Numbered from the stretch's first letter, positions 50,460 through 61,058 are shown. The stretch: 64,000 bases of DNA from an uncultured Nitrososphaerota archaeon (GCA_964518475.1 CAZFGR010000007.1:12350-76349); one strand, 5' to 3'. Program-made: numbers and translations. Notes: generated by a model from the letters alone, not told the origin.

Positions 50460-50523
50460 GGCCCCCCTAGCCGTGCCCGACGACCAAAAAGGGATGAGTC
50501 GGTGCTGGCTCCGGGGGGCCATA
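50460..50523 (+). ncRNA. H/ACA-like single-hairpin sRNA candidate
   Basis: Lower stem ggcccccc/ggggggcc, internal pocket, ~9-nt upper stem, K-turn gacGA-cc-aaaaa-gg-gat-GAgtc, AUA box and T-tract. A TTTATT box lies ~25 nt upstream. Confidence 0.6.
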
Positions 50524-50671
50524 TTTTTCCTCATTTAACCGAATCTTTTAATTCTTCTCTTGCCCTTCCTATAACAAAGTTATATATTTAATCTGTATAT
50601 AAGATGGTAGAGCGAGAATTTTTTAATAGGAAAGTAATGGCGTTTTATTCCAATTCATCTGGGGGATTTCA

Positions 50672-51973
50672 ATGACACTAATGGAAGAAGCTAGGCTTGG
50701 GAAAATCACTGAGGAGATGAAGATTGTCGCTAAAATAGAGGATGTTCCGGTAGAGGTTATAAGGAGAAGAGTTGCTGAAGGTAGAATAATTATTCCAGGA
50801 AACTTAAGGAGAAAGGATCGTCAGGAAATAAAGATCGTTGGTATTGGTGAGGGATTATCAACAAAGGTTAATGTGAATATAGGCACGTCTTCACTTGTTG
50901 TTGACTTAGACATGGAGATCAGAAAAGCAAAAGTGGCTATTAAATACGGAACGGATACTATCATGGATCTCAGTACTGGGGGTGACCTAGACCTTATAAG
51001 AAGAAAATTATTAGAGGTTGCTACTGTTCCTTTCGGCACCGTACCCATATATCAAGCATTTATCGATGTTGCGAAAAAGCGAAAAGCCGGCATATATATG
51101 ATGGAAGATGATGTTTTTAATACTGTGGAGAAGCATTTAAAAGATGGCGTTGATTTCATGACTATTCATGCCGGAATTCTACGAGAACACGCTGAGAAAC
51201 TTAAGAAAATCAACAGAGTAGCAGGCATAGTTAGTCGGGGAGGAACAATATTAGCCGCTTGGATGATTTATAATCAGGAAGAAAACCCATTCTACAAGAA
51301 TTATGAATACTTGTTAGAGATGTTCAAGGAGTACGATGCCATAATTAGCTTAGGTGACGCTTTAAGACCAGGAGCTATAGCTGATTCTCATGATTATTTC
51401 CAAATGGCTGAGATGCTAGTAGTTTCAAGATTAGTGAAGAAGGCTTGGGAATACGGAGTACAAGTAATGGTTGAAGGACCTGGGCATGTACCATTAAACG
51501 AAGTAGCCGCGAATGTAAGACTTGAAAAGGCTCTCTGCCATGGTGCACCTTACTATGTCCTTGGACCATTAGTCACCGATATAGCTGCTGGCTATGATCA
51601 TATAGCTGCAGCAATAGGAGCTGCGATCGCAGCGGCCGAAGGCGCTGATTTGATCTGTTATTTGACTCCAGCAGAACATCTCTCACTACCAAATGAGGAA
51701 CAAGTGAAAGAAGGTTTAATCGCCGCTAAAATAGCTGCTCATGCGGGAGATATTGTTAAACTAGGAGAAAAGGCTAAAAAGAAGGATCTTAAGATGTCCA
51801 TTGCCCGTGCAAAGCTAGATTGGAACACTATGCTAAGTATCGTTCCTGATAAAGAAAAAGCTTCGACTATCCGTGATCAGTTCGGTGTTAGAACTTCTGC
51901 ATGTACTATGTGTGGAGATCTATGCGTTTATCTTCTTCTAGATCGCTATGTTAGAGGTAATGATGATGCCTGA
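50672..51973 (+). CDS. thiC: Phosphomethylpyrimidine synthase
   Basis: [49 protein letters not shown] and CTMCGDLC motifs. Confidence 0.92.
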   Translation: MTLMEEARLGKITEEMKIVAKIEDVPVEVIRRRVAEGRIIIPGNLRRKDRQEIKIVGIGEGLSTKVNVNIGTSSLVVDLDMEIRKAKVAIKYGTDTIMDLSTGGDLDLIRRKLLEVATVPFGTVPIYQAFIDVAKKRKAGIYMMEDDVFNTVEKHLKDGVDFMTIHAGILREHAEKLKKINRVAGIVSRGGTILAAWMIYNQEENPFYKNYEYLLEMFKEYDAIISLGDALRPGAIADSHDYFQMAEMLVVSRLVKKAWEYGVQVMVEGPGHVPLNEVAANVRLEKALCHGAPYYVLGPLVTDIAAGYDHIAAAIGAAIAAAEGADLICYLTPAEHLSLPNEEQVKEGLIAAKIAAHAGDIVKLGEKAKKKDLKMSIARAKLDWNTMLSIVPDKEKASTIRDQFGVRTSACTMCGDLCVYLLLDRYVRGNDDA

Positions 51974-52466
51974 TCTTATGGCTTTATGGGTCAAGGCTCC
52001 AATACTAAAGAACGCAGATATCGTCATTGTTAGTAGATGCTTAAAATACGTAAACCCCAAAATATACAAGAAAGTTACAGAGGGAAAAGTTGTTCTAGAA
52101 CACTGTCCAGAGCAGGAGAATCCTGAAACTTATGGAAAAATAGCTTCAATGATAAGATCTTCCACACCTAAAAGCATAACAGTAGTTACCATTGATGGAT
52201 CCCCGCACTGCTTTACACTACAAGCCGCTGTGAACGAAGCAGCCTATATTCTGGGGATGAAGGTGAAGAGAAAACATTACGTTGTTGTCGATGGTAAGGA
52301 ACTTGTCGAAATAGTCCCAGAAAGCATTAGAGTAGCACGCTATTTATCCATTGTAAACAAATTAATCAAAGAGAATAAGGAAGTGCTTAAAGAACTCAAA
52401 AAACATAGCAAAGAATACCAATTAGCAATAGAGACGAACGACGCTGAGCTAAAAAATAATGCATAG
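51960..52466 (+). CDS. Cys-containing protein coupled to thiC (possible Fe-S protein)
   Basis: SRC, HCPE and DGSPHC motifs. Overlaps the thiC stop. Confidence 0.65.
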   Translation: MMMPDLMALWVKAPILKNADIVIVSRCLKYVNPKIYKKVTEGKVVLEHCPEQENPETYGKIASMIRSSTPKSITVVTIDGSPHCFTLQAAVNEAAYILGMKVKRKHYVVVDGKELVEIVPESIRVARYLSIVNKLIKENKEVLKELKKHSKEYQLAIETNDAELKNNA

Positions 52467-52602
52467 TTCTTCAAACTATTGCATCACAAGATAACAGAGA
52501 ACGTAGTAGTTACCGGCTTAAGTAAGAATACAAAGCTGACGAGAAGCTCATCATAAATTTCTTTTTTATGATCATGACAACGCGCATTAATATGAGGTTA
52601 TT

Positions 52603-53511
52603 TTATGCGATTTCAGCTTCCAATAATCTCGAGATCTCATTAGATATCCATTCTAGATCTCTAAGAGCAATTCCTAGCTTGGCTTTTCTACTTATCATTC
52701 CGACCAATAAATACTCGCTAGTCAATGATTTGATGACCATTATACCCTTCTCTGCTAGGATAAGAATTCGCCTGATTGGTTTTTTACCAAAACCTTCTAT
52801 GTACTTAGAACTCGTAGCAAGAACTACTGAAGCCGCAGCAGCAACACTGGCCTGATTAATCTCCATAGGTTTTGGAGAGAATAGAACTACAGGATCGCCT
52901 TCCTTAGTAGCTATCAAAATAGCATTTATCCACTTATCAATATTAAATAGTGAATTAATTATTCCACTTGCCCGCAGTTTAATAGTATCCTCAATAATTC
53001 TAGTAGTAAGCACTGCCGTCATTTCCTCGGGAAGAGCTTCTTGCGGCTTAGTAGGTTCAATAGCCGAGATAATGGATTCTAACTCGCGTTTTAGTGACAC
53101 CGCTTCCTCTGAGATCGCTTCCTTTGGTTTCAATTGTTCCACAACCTGTTCTGCTTCGGAAATAGCTGCTTGTGCATATACCTCCGTTCTCGGCAATTCT
53201 ATCTTCGCTACGGTTTTGACTCTGATTATTCCTTCCTTACGGCACTTATCTAGAATCTCTATAACGTCTTCTGGAGATACCACATAACCGTCTTCTCTCA
53301 TTCTTAGTGCTATTTCCCATACGTTCTTTTCTCCATCAATATACTTCAGTATTGCTTTAACAGCTTCTCTCCTTGCCCCTTTGTATAGAGATGCGATTAG
53401 GTTTATGCGCTCATTCAATTCTTTCTGAGTGGCCCATCTAGAAACCTCGTACACTCTCATAAATTTTTCTTCATACATTGATCTTAGTAGCTCAACGCTA
53501 TTATTTGCCAA
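52603..53511 (-). CDS. wHTH-like N-domain + linker + Roadblock/LC7 domain
   Basis: C-terminal 'INAILIATKEGDPV..AAAASVVLATS..LLVGM..AKLGIALRDL' and N-terminal 'ILKYIDGEKNVWEIA..EGIIR'. Confidence 0.75.
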   Translation of the reverse strand: MANNSVELLRSMYEEKFMRVYEVSRWATQKELNERINLIASLYKGARREAVKAILKYIDGEKNVWEIALRMREDGYVVSPEDVIEILDKCRKEGIIRVKTVAKIELPRTEVYAQAAISEAEQVVEQLKPKEAISEEAVSLKRELESIISAIEPTKPQEALPEEMTAVLTTRIIEDTIKLRASGIINSLFNIDKWINAILIATKEGDPVVLFSPKPMEINQASVAAAASVVLATSSKYIEGFGKKPIRRILILAEKGIMVIKSLTSEYLLVGMISRKAKLGIALRDLEWISNEISRLLEAEIA

Positions 53512-53560
53512 TACTATTCACCAATTAAATGAATATTGTAAACAATCATAAAAAAAAGTA

Positions 53561-54115
53561 TCACGGATCGTAGAGTGTTTTTAAAAGCGCATAAGCCAGA
53601 TCTAAATCTTCTTGTTTAAGAAATCTACTACGTAGTATTGATAATAATTCTTTTTCGCTCAATTTTCCCTTTTTATAATCTAGGAAATAGCTCCTAGCCA
53701 CCTCTAAACCAGTTAATACATCGCTAAGCCTAGTAGCCATTTTTGTAATTGGATCCCTTGCTCTTCCACCAAATAACTCTCTCACTATTTTCTCAAGATG
53801 ATCTATTCCCGGGCAGATTAAGTTTTTATCCTCATCTGTAAAGATTAATCGCTTACCAGCAAATTTTCTCCAATTGAGATAGTATTCTCTCTTAGTTACA
53901 ATTTCGTATGGTGCTAACTTAAAATCAGAAGAAGGTGGCTTACGCATCTCAAACGTTTCCACAATTTCTCCTATTATATCTTCATACATCTGTCTCTCGT
54001 TTTCATCCTCAACGATTATTACTAAATGTTCCTTCTCCACTATTATGGAGAAGAGAGCATAAGCTAGTGTCCTAGGATCTTTTTTCTGAATAATTTCTAG
54101 ATACGTTGTTAGCAA
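53561..54115 (-). CDS. Hypothetical protein, possible DENN-core-like
   Basis: 'LAYALFSIIVEKEHLVIIVED..IIGEIVETF..LIFTDEDKN' followed by helices. TTG at 54115 after GGGGGT. Confidence 0.5.
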   Translation of the reverse strand: MLTTYLEIIQKKDPRTLAYALFSIIVEKEHLVIIVEDENERQMYEDIIGEIVETFEMRKPPSSDFKLAPYEIVTKREYYLNWRKFAGKRLIFTDEDKNLICPGIDHLEKIVRELFGGRARDPITKMATRLSDVLTGLEVARSYFLDYKKGKLSEKELLSILRSRFLKQEDLDLAYALLKTLYDP

Positions 54116-54291
54116 TAGTACCCCCCAAGTATTAAAGATCTTTTGCACACATCTATGTTTTGCTTTTTGCGAACCCATCATAGCCTAATATGTAGTCATG
54201 AATATTTACTCAAGGAGGAGAGGTATCTAGTATTTTGGAGACACATTGTTATAGATAAAAACTTATTGTCATACCGTAGTAATAGGAACTT

Positions 54292-55029
54292 TTAGTGCGT
54301 TGAAATTCCTTTTGCAAATTTTCTCTTGGTGTAGATGTCGAGGTATATTTTATTGCAAAAACGTTCCCGTAAGAGTTTCTCGAAACCTAACAGCGAAAGA
54401 GTTTGTTCTAATATCCAGGGGGCCCATATATATACTCCGATTTCCTCTGCTTCATACTTATCTTCTTCCAATTCCTTCGTGATAATTATGATGCGTAATC
54501 TTCCATTTTCTGGATCATAGGAGAGGATTGTGCGTCTTTTTAATTCTGTAGGGAGGGGGACTAGCTCTTCTTTTCGAAATAAACTCTCTATGAAATCTGA
54601 GTACTCTATAACTAGTACCCCATTACTCTTCAATAGCCCTTTCAGTCTCTCTACTATTTCTATGAAATCGCTAACACTAAGATGGAAAATTAAATCCCCC
54701 AGCATGAAGATACTATCGAATTCTTCATTAATGGTTATTGATTTTGCATCCATTACGAAGAACCTTGCCTTATATCCCTTCTTAGCCGCTATCTCCCGAG
54801 CTCTTAATACGAAGCTTTCCTCGATATCTATTCCAGTAACGTCGAGTCCTAGCTTCTCTAGAGCAAAACTCGATGTACCTGCACCGCATCCTATATCCAG
54901 AGCTTTAGACCCGAAAAGCCTCCTGTGCTCCTTCAACGCGTCAATGAGAAACTCCATTCGATACCTACCAGCGTCTGATTCTGGATCATAAAACTCCTTA
55001 CTTATGAATAAATCATAGAACATAACCAT
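54292..55029 (-). CDS. Class I SAM-dependent methyltransferase
   Basis: ALDIGCGAG, GIDI, MDA and FDSIF motifs. Confidence 0.9.
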   Translation of the reverse strand: MVMFYDLFISKEFYDPESDAGRYRMEFLIDALKEHRRLFGSKALDIGCGAGTSSFALEKLGLDVTGIDIEESFVLRAREIAAKKGYKARFFVMDAKSITINEEFDSIFMLGDLIFHLSVSDFIEIVERLKGLLKSNGVLVIEYSDFIESLFRKEELVPLPTELKRRTILSYDPENGRLRIIIITKELEEDKYEAEEIGVYIWAPWILEQTLSLLGFEKLLRERFCNKIYLDIYTKRKFAKGISTH

Positions 55030-55112
55030 ACGCTACACCTTAATATATGGCTAAGATTAAATGACTCAGTCTATCTTGATTAAAAATGGAGTAAGAATAG
55101 TTAAGGTGTTGC

Positions 55113-56669
55113 ATGATGAATTATAAAGAGGGACTTCTTTATAAGGAGATAACCCCCGAAGTACTGGATCAATATTCCAGCATAGTTCGGCAACAACTCG
55201 AGCCTTTCTTTGAGCCGAGATCAATAGCAGTTATAGGCGCGTCTAGAGATGTTAATTCTCCTGGATGGGTAATTTTCAAGAACTTACTTGAAAATAAAGC
55301 GAAGGGTTGGTTAAAAGCTAATGTGTACGGGGTAAATATTAAAGGCGGAGAGTTATTTGGGCAACTCCTCTATCGTTCTATTCTAGAGGTTCCAGATGAT
55401 GTGGATCATGCCGTCATAGTTATTCCTGCTAAGTATGTGCCGAGTGCTTTAGAAGAATGTGGTAAGAAGAATGTGAAAGTTGCCAGCATTATAAGTGCTG
55501 GTTTCTCTGAGATAGGAAACGTAGAGCTTGAAAAACGCGTAGTAGATATCGCTAAGAATTACGGGATAAGAATTATTGGGCCCAATGGTTTGGGAGTTTT
55601 CGACGCATACAGTGGCGTTGATACGATGTTTCTTCCCTATAATAAGCCGCTAAATGGTGAAGAAATACTAGCCACTCCGAGGCCTAAGAAGGGCTATATA
55701 ATGTTTATTTCCCAGAGCGGAGCTCTTGGTGTTTCTGTACTTGATTACATGTACGGAGAGGGTATTGGCATAAGTAAATTCATAAGCTATGGCAATAAAG
55801 TTGACGTTGACGAAGTAGATATGCTCCTATATGCTCTAAAAGACGATAGCGTACGAGTCGTAATGATTTATATAGAAGGAATCAAAGGAGACGGAAGGCC
55901 CTTCGTAAAAATTGGAAAAGAATTCTCAAAACACAAACCTATTGTAGTGCTCAAGGGTGGTCGTACGAGAGCAGGAGCGAGAGCTGCTATGAGTCATACT
56001 GCTTCGCTCGCTGGTAATGTGAGAATATACCAAGTAGCGTTTGAGACTATGGGGGCTATTGTAGCTGATGACTTAGTAGAGTTCCTAGACGTTACAAAGG
56101 CGCTTGCTTTCCAACCTCCTGCTCAGGGAGAAAACATAGCAATTGTTACTAATGGGGGCGGTGCTGGCATCTTAGCAGCGGATAAAGCTGAAAAGGTGCG
56201 TCTTAATGTAATCCCTACGCCAGAAAAACTCTTAGAAAAACTGAAAAAGGCGCAAGAAGAGGATAAGATTCCATCTGTTGCAACGTTCTCTAACCCAATT
56301 GATCTTAGCGGGAGTGCATTTAATGAATCGTACACCGCCGCAGTGGAAGCTGTTATGGAAGATGACAATATTCACGCTGTCCTCATAATAGGTCTGCACC
56401 ACGTCCCATTGTTGACATCTAGTTTCGTAGACGAGATTGCTAAGATCGTTAAGAAATATAAGAAACCTGTAGTTGCTGTAGATATCGGTGGGGCTGACAT
56501 GGCTAATTGGGTTCGCGATAGATTCGATTCTCATGGCATTCCTGCATATCCTACTCCTGAGAGAGGTATAGTTGCTCTGAAGGCTCTGGTAAAGTATGGT
56601 CTATGGTTGAAGAAAGAGGGTGTTCTAGAGGAGTACTTAGAGAGATGGCGGCCTCCAGCAACTTCATAA
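55113..56669 (+). CDS. acdA: ADP-forming acetate/acyl-CoA ligase alpha subunit
   Basis: SIAVIGAS, SAGFSE, IIGPN, SQSGA, SHTASLAG (phospho-His) and NPIDL motifs. Confidence 0.92.
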   Translation: MMNYKEGLLYKEITPEVLDQYSSIVRQQLEPFFEPRSIAVIGASRDVNSPGWVIFKNLLENKAKGWLKANVYGVNIKGGELFGQLLYRSILEVPDDVDHAVIVIPAKYVPSALEECGKKNVKVASIISAGFSEIGNVELEKRVVDIAKNYGIRIIGPNGLGVFDAYSGVDTMFLPYNKPLNGEEILATPRPKKGYIMFISQSGALGVSVLDYMYGEGIGISKFISYGNKVDVDEVDMLLYALKDDSVRVVMIYIEGIKGDGRPFVKIGKEFSKHKPIVVLKGGRTRAGARAAMSHTASLAGNVRIYQVAFETMGAIVADDLVEFLDVTKALAFQPPAQGENIAIVTNGGGAGILAADKAEKVRLNVIPTPEKLLEKLKKAQEEDKIPSVATFSNPIDLSGSAFNESYTAAVEAVMEDDNIHAVLIIGLHHVPLLTSSFVDEIAKIVKKYKKPVVAVDIGGADMANWVRDRFDSHGIPAYPTPERGIVALKALVKYGLWLKKEGVLEEYLERWRPPATS

Positions 56670-58421
56670 TTTTTTCTTGCGTTCACTACTTCTTCTAATT
56701 TCCTTAGCCAGAACCTCTATCTGTCTAGCCCATGCTTGGTCTTTAAATAGAATTCTTGTCTGTCTAGAAATCTCTAATAAAACCTTTTCTGCATCTTTTA
56801 AGTTGCTTTCTTGAACTATTTGAACAACAAGTCTTAGTAACTCTCTAGCTATTTTGGGAGAGTATGGGTAGACCCTTTTGCTCGCTTCAATAAGAACATA
56901 AGGTCGCTCGTTTAATGGTAGTTTCTCTAGGTTCTCTAAAGCGTAGTCTAAGAGTTCTTGAGACCACCATGGCGTCTTGTAACTTATCGCTGCCGCAATC
57001 TCTGCTAAAACAATTATAGAGTCTTTATTCTCTAATCTCTCTATAGATCTTAGCGCTTTGTTAATTAGTTTATCAAGAATGCTCAATGATGAAGAAGGTA
57101 TAGCGTTTAGAATCGTTGGGAGCGTTTCTATTACTTTTTCATCGCTCATATCCAATATACTTCTAACACCTTTTCGTACCATCCTAATATATGGTTTTGG
57201 GAAAGCCTCAAATAGAGGTTTAGAATATGCCATTAAGAAGCTTAGAGTTTCTTTATGATTTTCCCTAATTCTGTCGAGCATAGATTTGTACAAATCAAAA
57301 GCCAGAGAGACGTCAGCTGCTGAGAGATTAACAATGCTTAAAACTAATTCTCTAGGAATATAAACTATGTTGTTTCTGTTCTCTAATACCCTCTTTATTG
57401 ATCCAGCTAACATCTTTCCAATGAATTGCGCTCGATAACCATCGATAATTCCGAAGTACTTCACGGTTTTTGATAGATAAAACATACGTATAATGCCTTT
57501 CATTTTAGTCCGCATAATTTTATCTTCCAGCCAACTTAGGGCAATATACGAGATATCACTATCTCCCGCTAAGATTAAGCTCTTAACCGCTTTAAAAACT
57601 ATGTTAAGACCTTCCTCGTTCAAATCAACATTACTGAGAATGAAATCCATTATCTGTTTAGCTTTTTGGAAATCAACCTCGTATATCTCTCCTAGTATTG
57701 ATGCGAGAGCATTGAGACTATCTCGCGGAGGCATTTCATCAATTATTTCAAAAGCTTCTTTTAACCATTTTTTAGCCATTCTGACGTTTTCTGGATCCCT
57801 ACTTATATTGATATAACCCATAGCAATGCTAGCCAAAATCTTTACTTTACAGAGACTTGACTTGCATTTATTTATAAAATCCATTCCTGACAAGATTATA
57901 GAATCCGCTCGACCTACATCACACTTAGCGAGAGCCTTCCCCAAGAAAACAAGGACCCTAGCAGCTTTTGTTGGTGGGAGATAAAAAGCATCTCTGATAG
58001 CTCTTTCCAAGACCATTTCTCCTAACTCATCAAATCCAGAACTAAATATGTAATTCAAGATCATTGCCTTGTTTAACAACCGCTTATAAGTGTTTGGTAT
58101 TTTATTACTTTCACGCAACGCTATTTTGAATAGAGAAAGAGCGTTCGAAAATTGTTGCAACTTAACCAAGCGATAAGCCAGTTCCCTTAGAGCATATATT
58201 TTCTCTCTCTTTTTATAAAGCATAAGAGATGCCGCTGCTAAGTCTAATAGTTCCGAAGTTATATCATAACCTTCAGATATGGCCTCATCAGCTATAATGA
58301 AGAATGATCTCCATAGGAAGTCTCTTGTTCTGCCAAATGATTTAATATCTCGGAGAATCTCGTTTTTCTTTGTCAATAGTTGCTTCTTAAAGAACCCTCT
58401 GAGCTTCCTTTGAAGACTCAA
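56664..58421 (-). CDS. Alpha-solenoid (TPR-like) repeat protein
   Basis: Recurrent 'A..++..A+....++.......L..IA' helix pairs. Confidence 0.65.
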   Translation of the reverse strand: MSLQRKLRGFFKKQLLTKKNEILRDIKSFGRTRDFLWRSFFIIADEAISEGYDITSELLDLAAASLMLYKKREKIYALRELAYRLVKLQQFSNALSLFKIALRESNKIPNTYKRLLNKAMILNYIFSSGFDELGEMVLERAIRDAFYLPPTKAARVLVFLGKALAKCDVGRADSIILSGMDFINKCKSSLCKVKILASIAMGYINISRDPENVRMAKKWLKEAFEIIDEMPPRDSLNALASILGEIYEVDFQKAKQIMDFILSNVDLNEEGLNIVFKAVKSLILAGDSDISYIALSWLEDKIMRTKMKGIIRMFYLSKTVKYFGIIDGYRAQFIGKMLAGSIKRVLENRNNIVYIPRELVLSIVNLSAADVSLAFDLYKSMLDRIRENHKETLSFLMAYSKPLFEAFPKPYIRMVRKGVRSILDMSDEKVIETLPTILNAIPSSSLSILDKLINKALRSIERLENKDSIIVLAEIAAAISYKTPWWSQELLDYALENLEKLPLNERPYVLIEASKRVYPYSPKIARELLRLVVQIVQESNLKDAEKVLLEISRQTRILFKDQAWARQIEVLAKEIRRSSERKKKL

Positions 58422-58614
58422 GAGAAAGTCCTCCTATCTTAGTTAAACAGATTTATTTAACTTAGTTTAGTTTCACACTACTATCTATGTTTTGCAAAAT
58501 TATAAAGATAATACGAAATTTAATATTTACCATTTTCACAATCAGTAATATAGTTGGTAATCAGATACTAAGCGAAATGTCAATTAGACATTTTCTTAAC
58601 AATGAATTAGATCT

Positions 58615-59739
58615 ATGTTGGTAAAAATGTTTGACAAAATCTTAACAGAATTCAAGTATTTCTTTGGACAAGAGCCGATAAAAGAGGAAAATAAGATTAT
58701 AGTATCCCTGGGCCCCCCAACAAAGAGATTTAACTTAACTTTTAGGTTCGAGGAGAACTGTATTATTGTGGATAACATTTTACCAGAAATCACTGAGGAT
58801 CTATTTCATTTGTTGAAAGAATACTTACCATCGAATTCTCATAATGCAGAACTCTTCTTACAGGATAGATCACTTTGTCTTAAGATCTCTCGCTATAAAG
58901 AAGATGATGCGGTACTAAAAGACTGCTTAAACATTATCAAAAGAATTTACGAAGTAGCTACCGAAAAGCTTCCACATTTAACATGGCGGACGTTGGGTGA
59001 AATGAGACTAAAAATACTGAACGAAGAAGTTAGTATTTTGTCTCCTGATTTCCTAGAGCCGATACGAACGGGATGGAGAGCAGAATTAGTTGTTGTCCTT
59101 CCGCGAGATGATAAATGGTTCAGATCCACACTAGGACTTGATAATTTAGATCTTCCTCTTCTCTCATATATAGATCAATCCGAAGTGTATGCTTTTGAGC
59201 CACATGAGAATGGATCTCTAGTTCCAGTGAACTTGTCTGAGATAATTGAGGAAATCAAACAACTACTTGATTCAACGGGTCTTTGGCGAATAGAGAGAGT
59301 TAACGATGTCATAGAGATGGTATCGAATCCAGAAATTATTGCCCGAATTCTATCAACTCTTAAAATGCTGAAAAACGACTTACCGTTCCCCCCTTCTCTC
59401 ATTGGCACTTCTCAACGAGTCTCTAGAGAGACTTTAGATAGGATAATAACTGTGTTAGAGAACGCATACGAGAAGTTAAGCAAGATAAGGAATGTGGATC
59501 GCTTTTTTTATTTAAAAATCGTAACGAGGCTTGCTGTATTATTCGCTAGAAACATCATCCAGAGAGGAGGAGCAGGAGGAGTGTTAGTATCTAACGTTAG
59601 AAAAGTCTCTAAGCTAGGCGCGGGAAAAGCGGTATACATCGGCAAGGAGGAATTAAAGTACTTAGAACTAGGAGATCGCGTTCTTGTAAGTGTGATAGAG
59701 GAAGACGGTAAAAGGAAGATAATTATCGAGCCTATCTAA
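58615..59739 (+). CDS. Hypothetical protein with C-terminal AbrB/SpoVT-like domain
   Basis: C-terminus 'VRKVSKLGAGKAVYIGKEELKYLELGDRVLVSV..KIIIEPI'. Confidence 0.6.
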   Translation: MLVKMFDKILTEFKYFFGQEPIKEENKIIVSLGPPTKRFNLTFRFEENCIIVDNILPEITEDLFHLLKEYLPSNSHNAELFLQDRSLCLKISRYKEDDAVLKDCLNIIKRIYEVATEKLPHLTWRTLGEMRLKILNEEVSILSPDFLEPIRTGWRAELVVVLPRDDKWFRSTLGLDNLDLPLLSYIDQSEVYAFEPHENGSLVPVNLSEIIEEIKQLLDSTGLWRIERVNDVIEMVSNPEIIARILSTLKMLKNDLPFPPSLIGTSQRVSRETLDRIITVLENAYEKLSKIRNVDRFFYLKIVTRLAVLFARNIIQRGGAGGVLVSNVRKVSKLGAGKAVYIGKEELKYLELGDRVLVSVIEEDGKRKIIIEPI

Positions 59740-60194
59740 CTAGGAGGCCTCCGAGATAAAATACTTTTAAGCTTCTCGATAGCTCTATTTAAATCCCTCA
59801 TTAAAATGCCTAATTTAGCACCTTCATTCGTAATGACTGCTAAAATATGATCTTCCCCTATCAGCCGAAGAAGAATATATTTATTAACTGTCTTAATAGC
59901 GACGTAATCAACATGTTCTCCTGCCATGTCTAAGGCGTTTCTCTCCGACGTAGCAAATATAGCTGCTATAGCAGCAGCTATTTTTGCCTCCTCCCTAAAG
60001 AATTCGGGTGGGTAACTAGCTACTGGAAAACCCTCTGGAGTCGCTATTAAAGCGCCCGCTATTCTTTGACTTGAAGAAACAAGATCTTTAAGTACTTTTA
60101 GAACCTTATCCGCCATTTCGCTTATCGCTGACTCTCCTATTAATGCTGATAATATTTCATCTCTATCTATAATTTCACTCATTAGGTTCACCAA
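59736..60194 (-). CDS. Roadblock/LC7 domain protein
   Basis: IAGALIATPEGFPVAS, IAAAIAAIFATSER and AKLGILMRDL motifs. Confidence 0.9.
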   Translation of the reverse strand: MVNLMSEIIDRDEILSALIGESAISEMADKVLKVLKDLVSSSQRIAGALIATPEGFPVASYPPEFFREEAKIAAAIAAIFATSERNALDMAGEHVDYVAIKTVNKYILLRLIGEDHILAVITNEGAKLGILMRDLNRAIEKLKSILSRRPPS

Positions 60195-60329
60195 GTATTC
60201 TTAAGAGAAACCTCCTTCCTTACTGTGAAAAATACCCGAAACACCATTAATAAGTTTTAACGAGTAAAGTTAGGTAGCCAATACTTCATGCTAATCAAGA
60301 ATAAAAAGCTTACTTACTAGGGAAGAAAA

Positions 60330-61058
60330 ATGTCCTTGATTAAAAAGTTAGGTATAAGAACCGTGAAAGCATTAGTAACGGATATTGATGGAACTTTGAC
60401 TGATGAGAAAAGAATTCTTAATTTAGATGCGTTGAAAGCCCTTAGAGAAGCCTACAAAGCCAACATACACATAATCTTATGTTCCAGTAGAATGTTTGCT
60501 ACCGTAAGCGCTCTTGCCAAGTATCTCGGCTTTGAAAGCCCGATAATTGCTGAAAGTGGTGCTATTGTTGGTTATCCATGGAAACCAGTGTTTGTAAAGG
60601 AGATACCTCCAGATACCCGTCACAAGATTGTAGAGATAATGTTGCAAATGGGTTTTGAGGAAATACCTTATAATAATTGTAGAGTAGGAGATCTTGGCTT
60701 TTATAGAACTGAGCGATCAAAAAACATCACCGAGGAGGAGATATTAGCCACACTACAACGTTACGGGATTAATAGAGTTAATGTATTTGATTCTGGTTTC
60801 GCTGTTCATATCACACCAGAGAATGTAGATAAGGGATATGGTCTCATGAAGGCGATTGAACTCATAAATGCTAGTGTAGATGAGGTAATCGTTATAGGTG
60901 ACGGCAATAATGATATCCCTATGTTTAAAGTTGCTAAATACTCTATAGCCCCATCTAATGCTTCCGAAGAATTGAAAAAATTTGCAAAAATAGTTAGTGA
61001 TTTACCAGATGGGAAACTTATTATAGCCTTGGTCAATGAGTTGCTAAGCCAGCTTTAA
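60330..61058 (+). CDS. HAD-family phosphoglycolate phosphatase (Cof/SPP-like)
   Basis: TDIDGTLT, DSGFAVHI, VDKG and GDGNND motifs. Confidence 0.9.
   Translation: MSLIKKLGIRTVKALVTDIDGTLTDEKRILNLDALKALREAYKANIHIILCSSRMFATVSALAKYLGFESPIIAESGAIVGYPWKPVFVKEIPPDTRHKIVEIMLQMGFEEIPYNNCRVGDLGFYRTERSKNITEEEILATLQRYGINRVNVFDSGFAVHITPENVDKGYGLMKAIELINASVDEVIVIGDGNNDIPMFKVAKYSIAPSNASEELKKFAKIVSDLPDGKLIIALVNELLSQL

Noticed and set aside
50440-50671. TPP riboswitch upstream of thiC
   Set aside because: No CUGAGA or other TPP aptamer core. The structure is a single K-turn hairpin.
52470-52556. C/D sRNA starting at ATGATGA (minus strand, ~52549)
   Set aside because: No D'/D boxes at guide distance.
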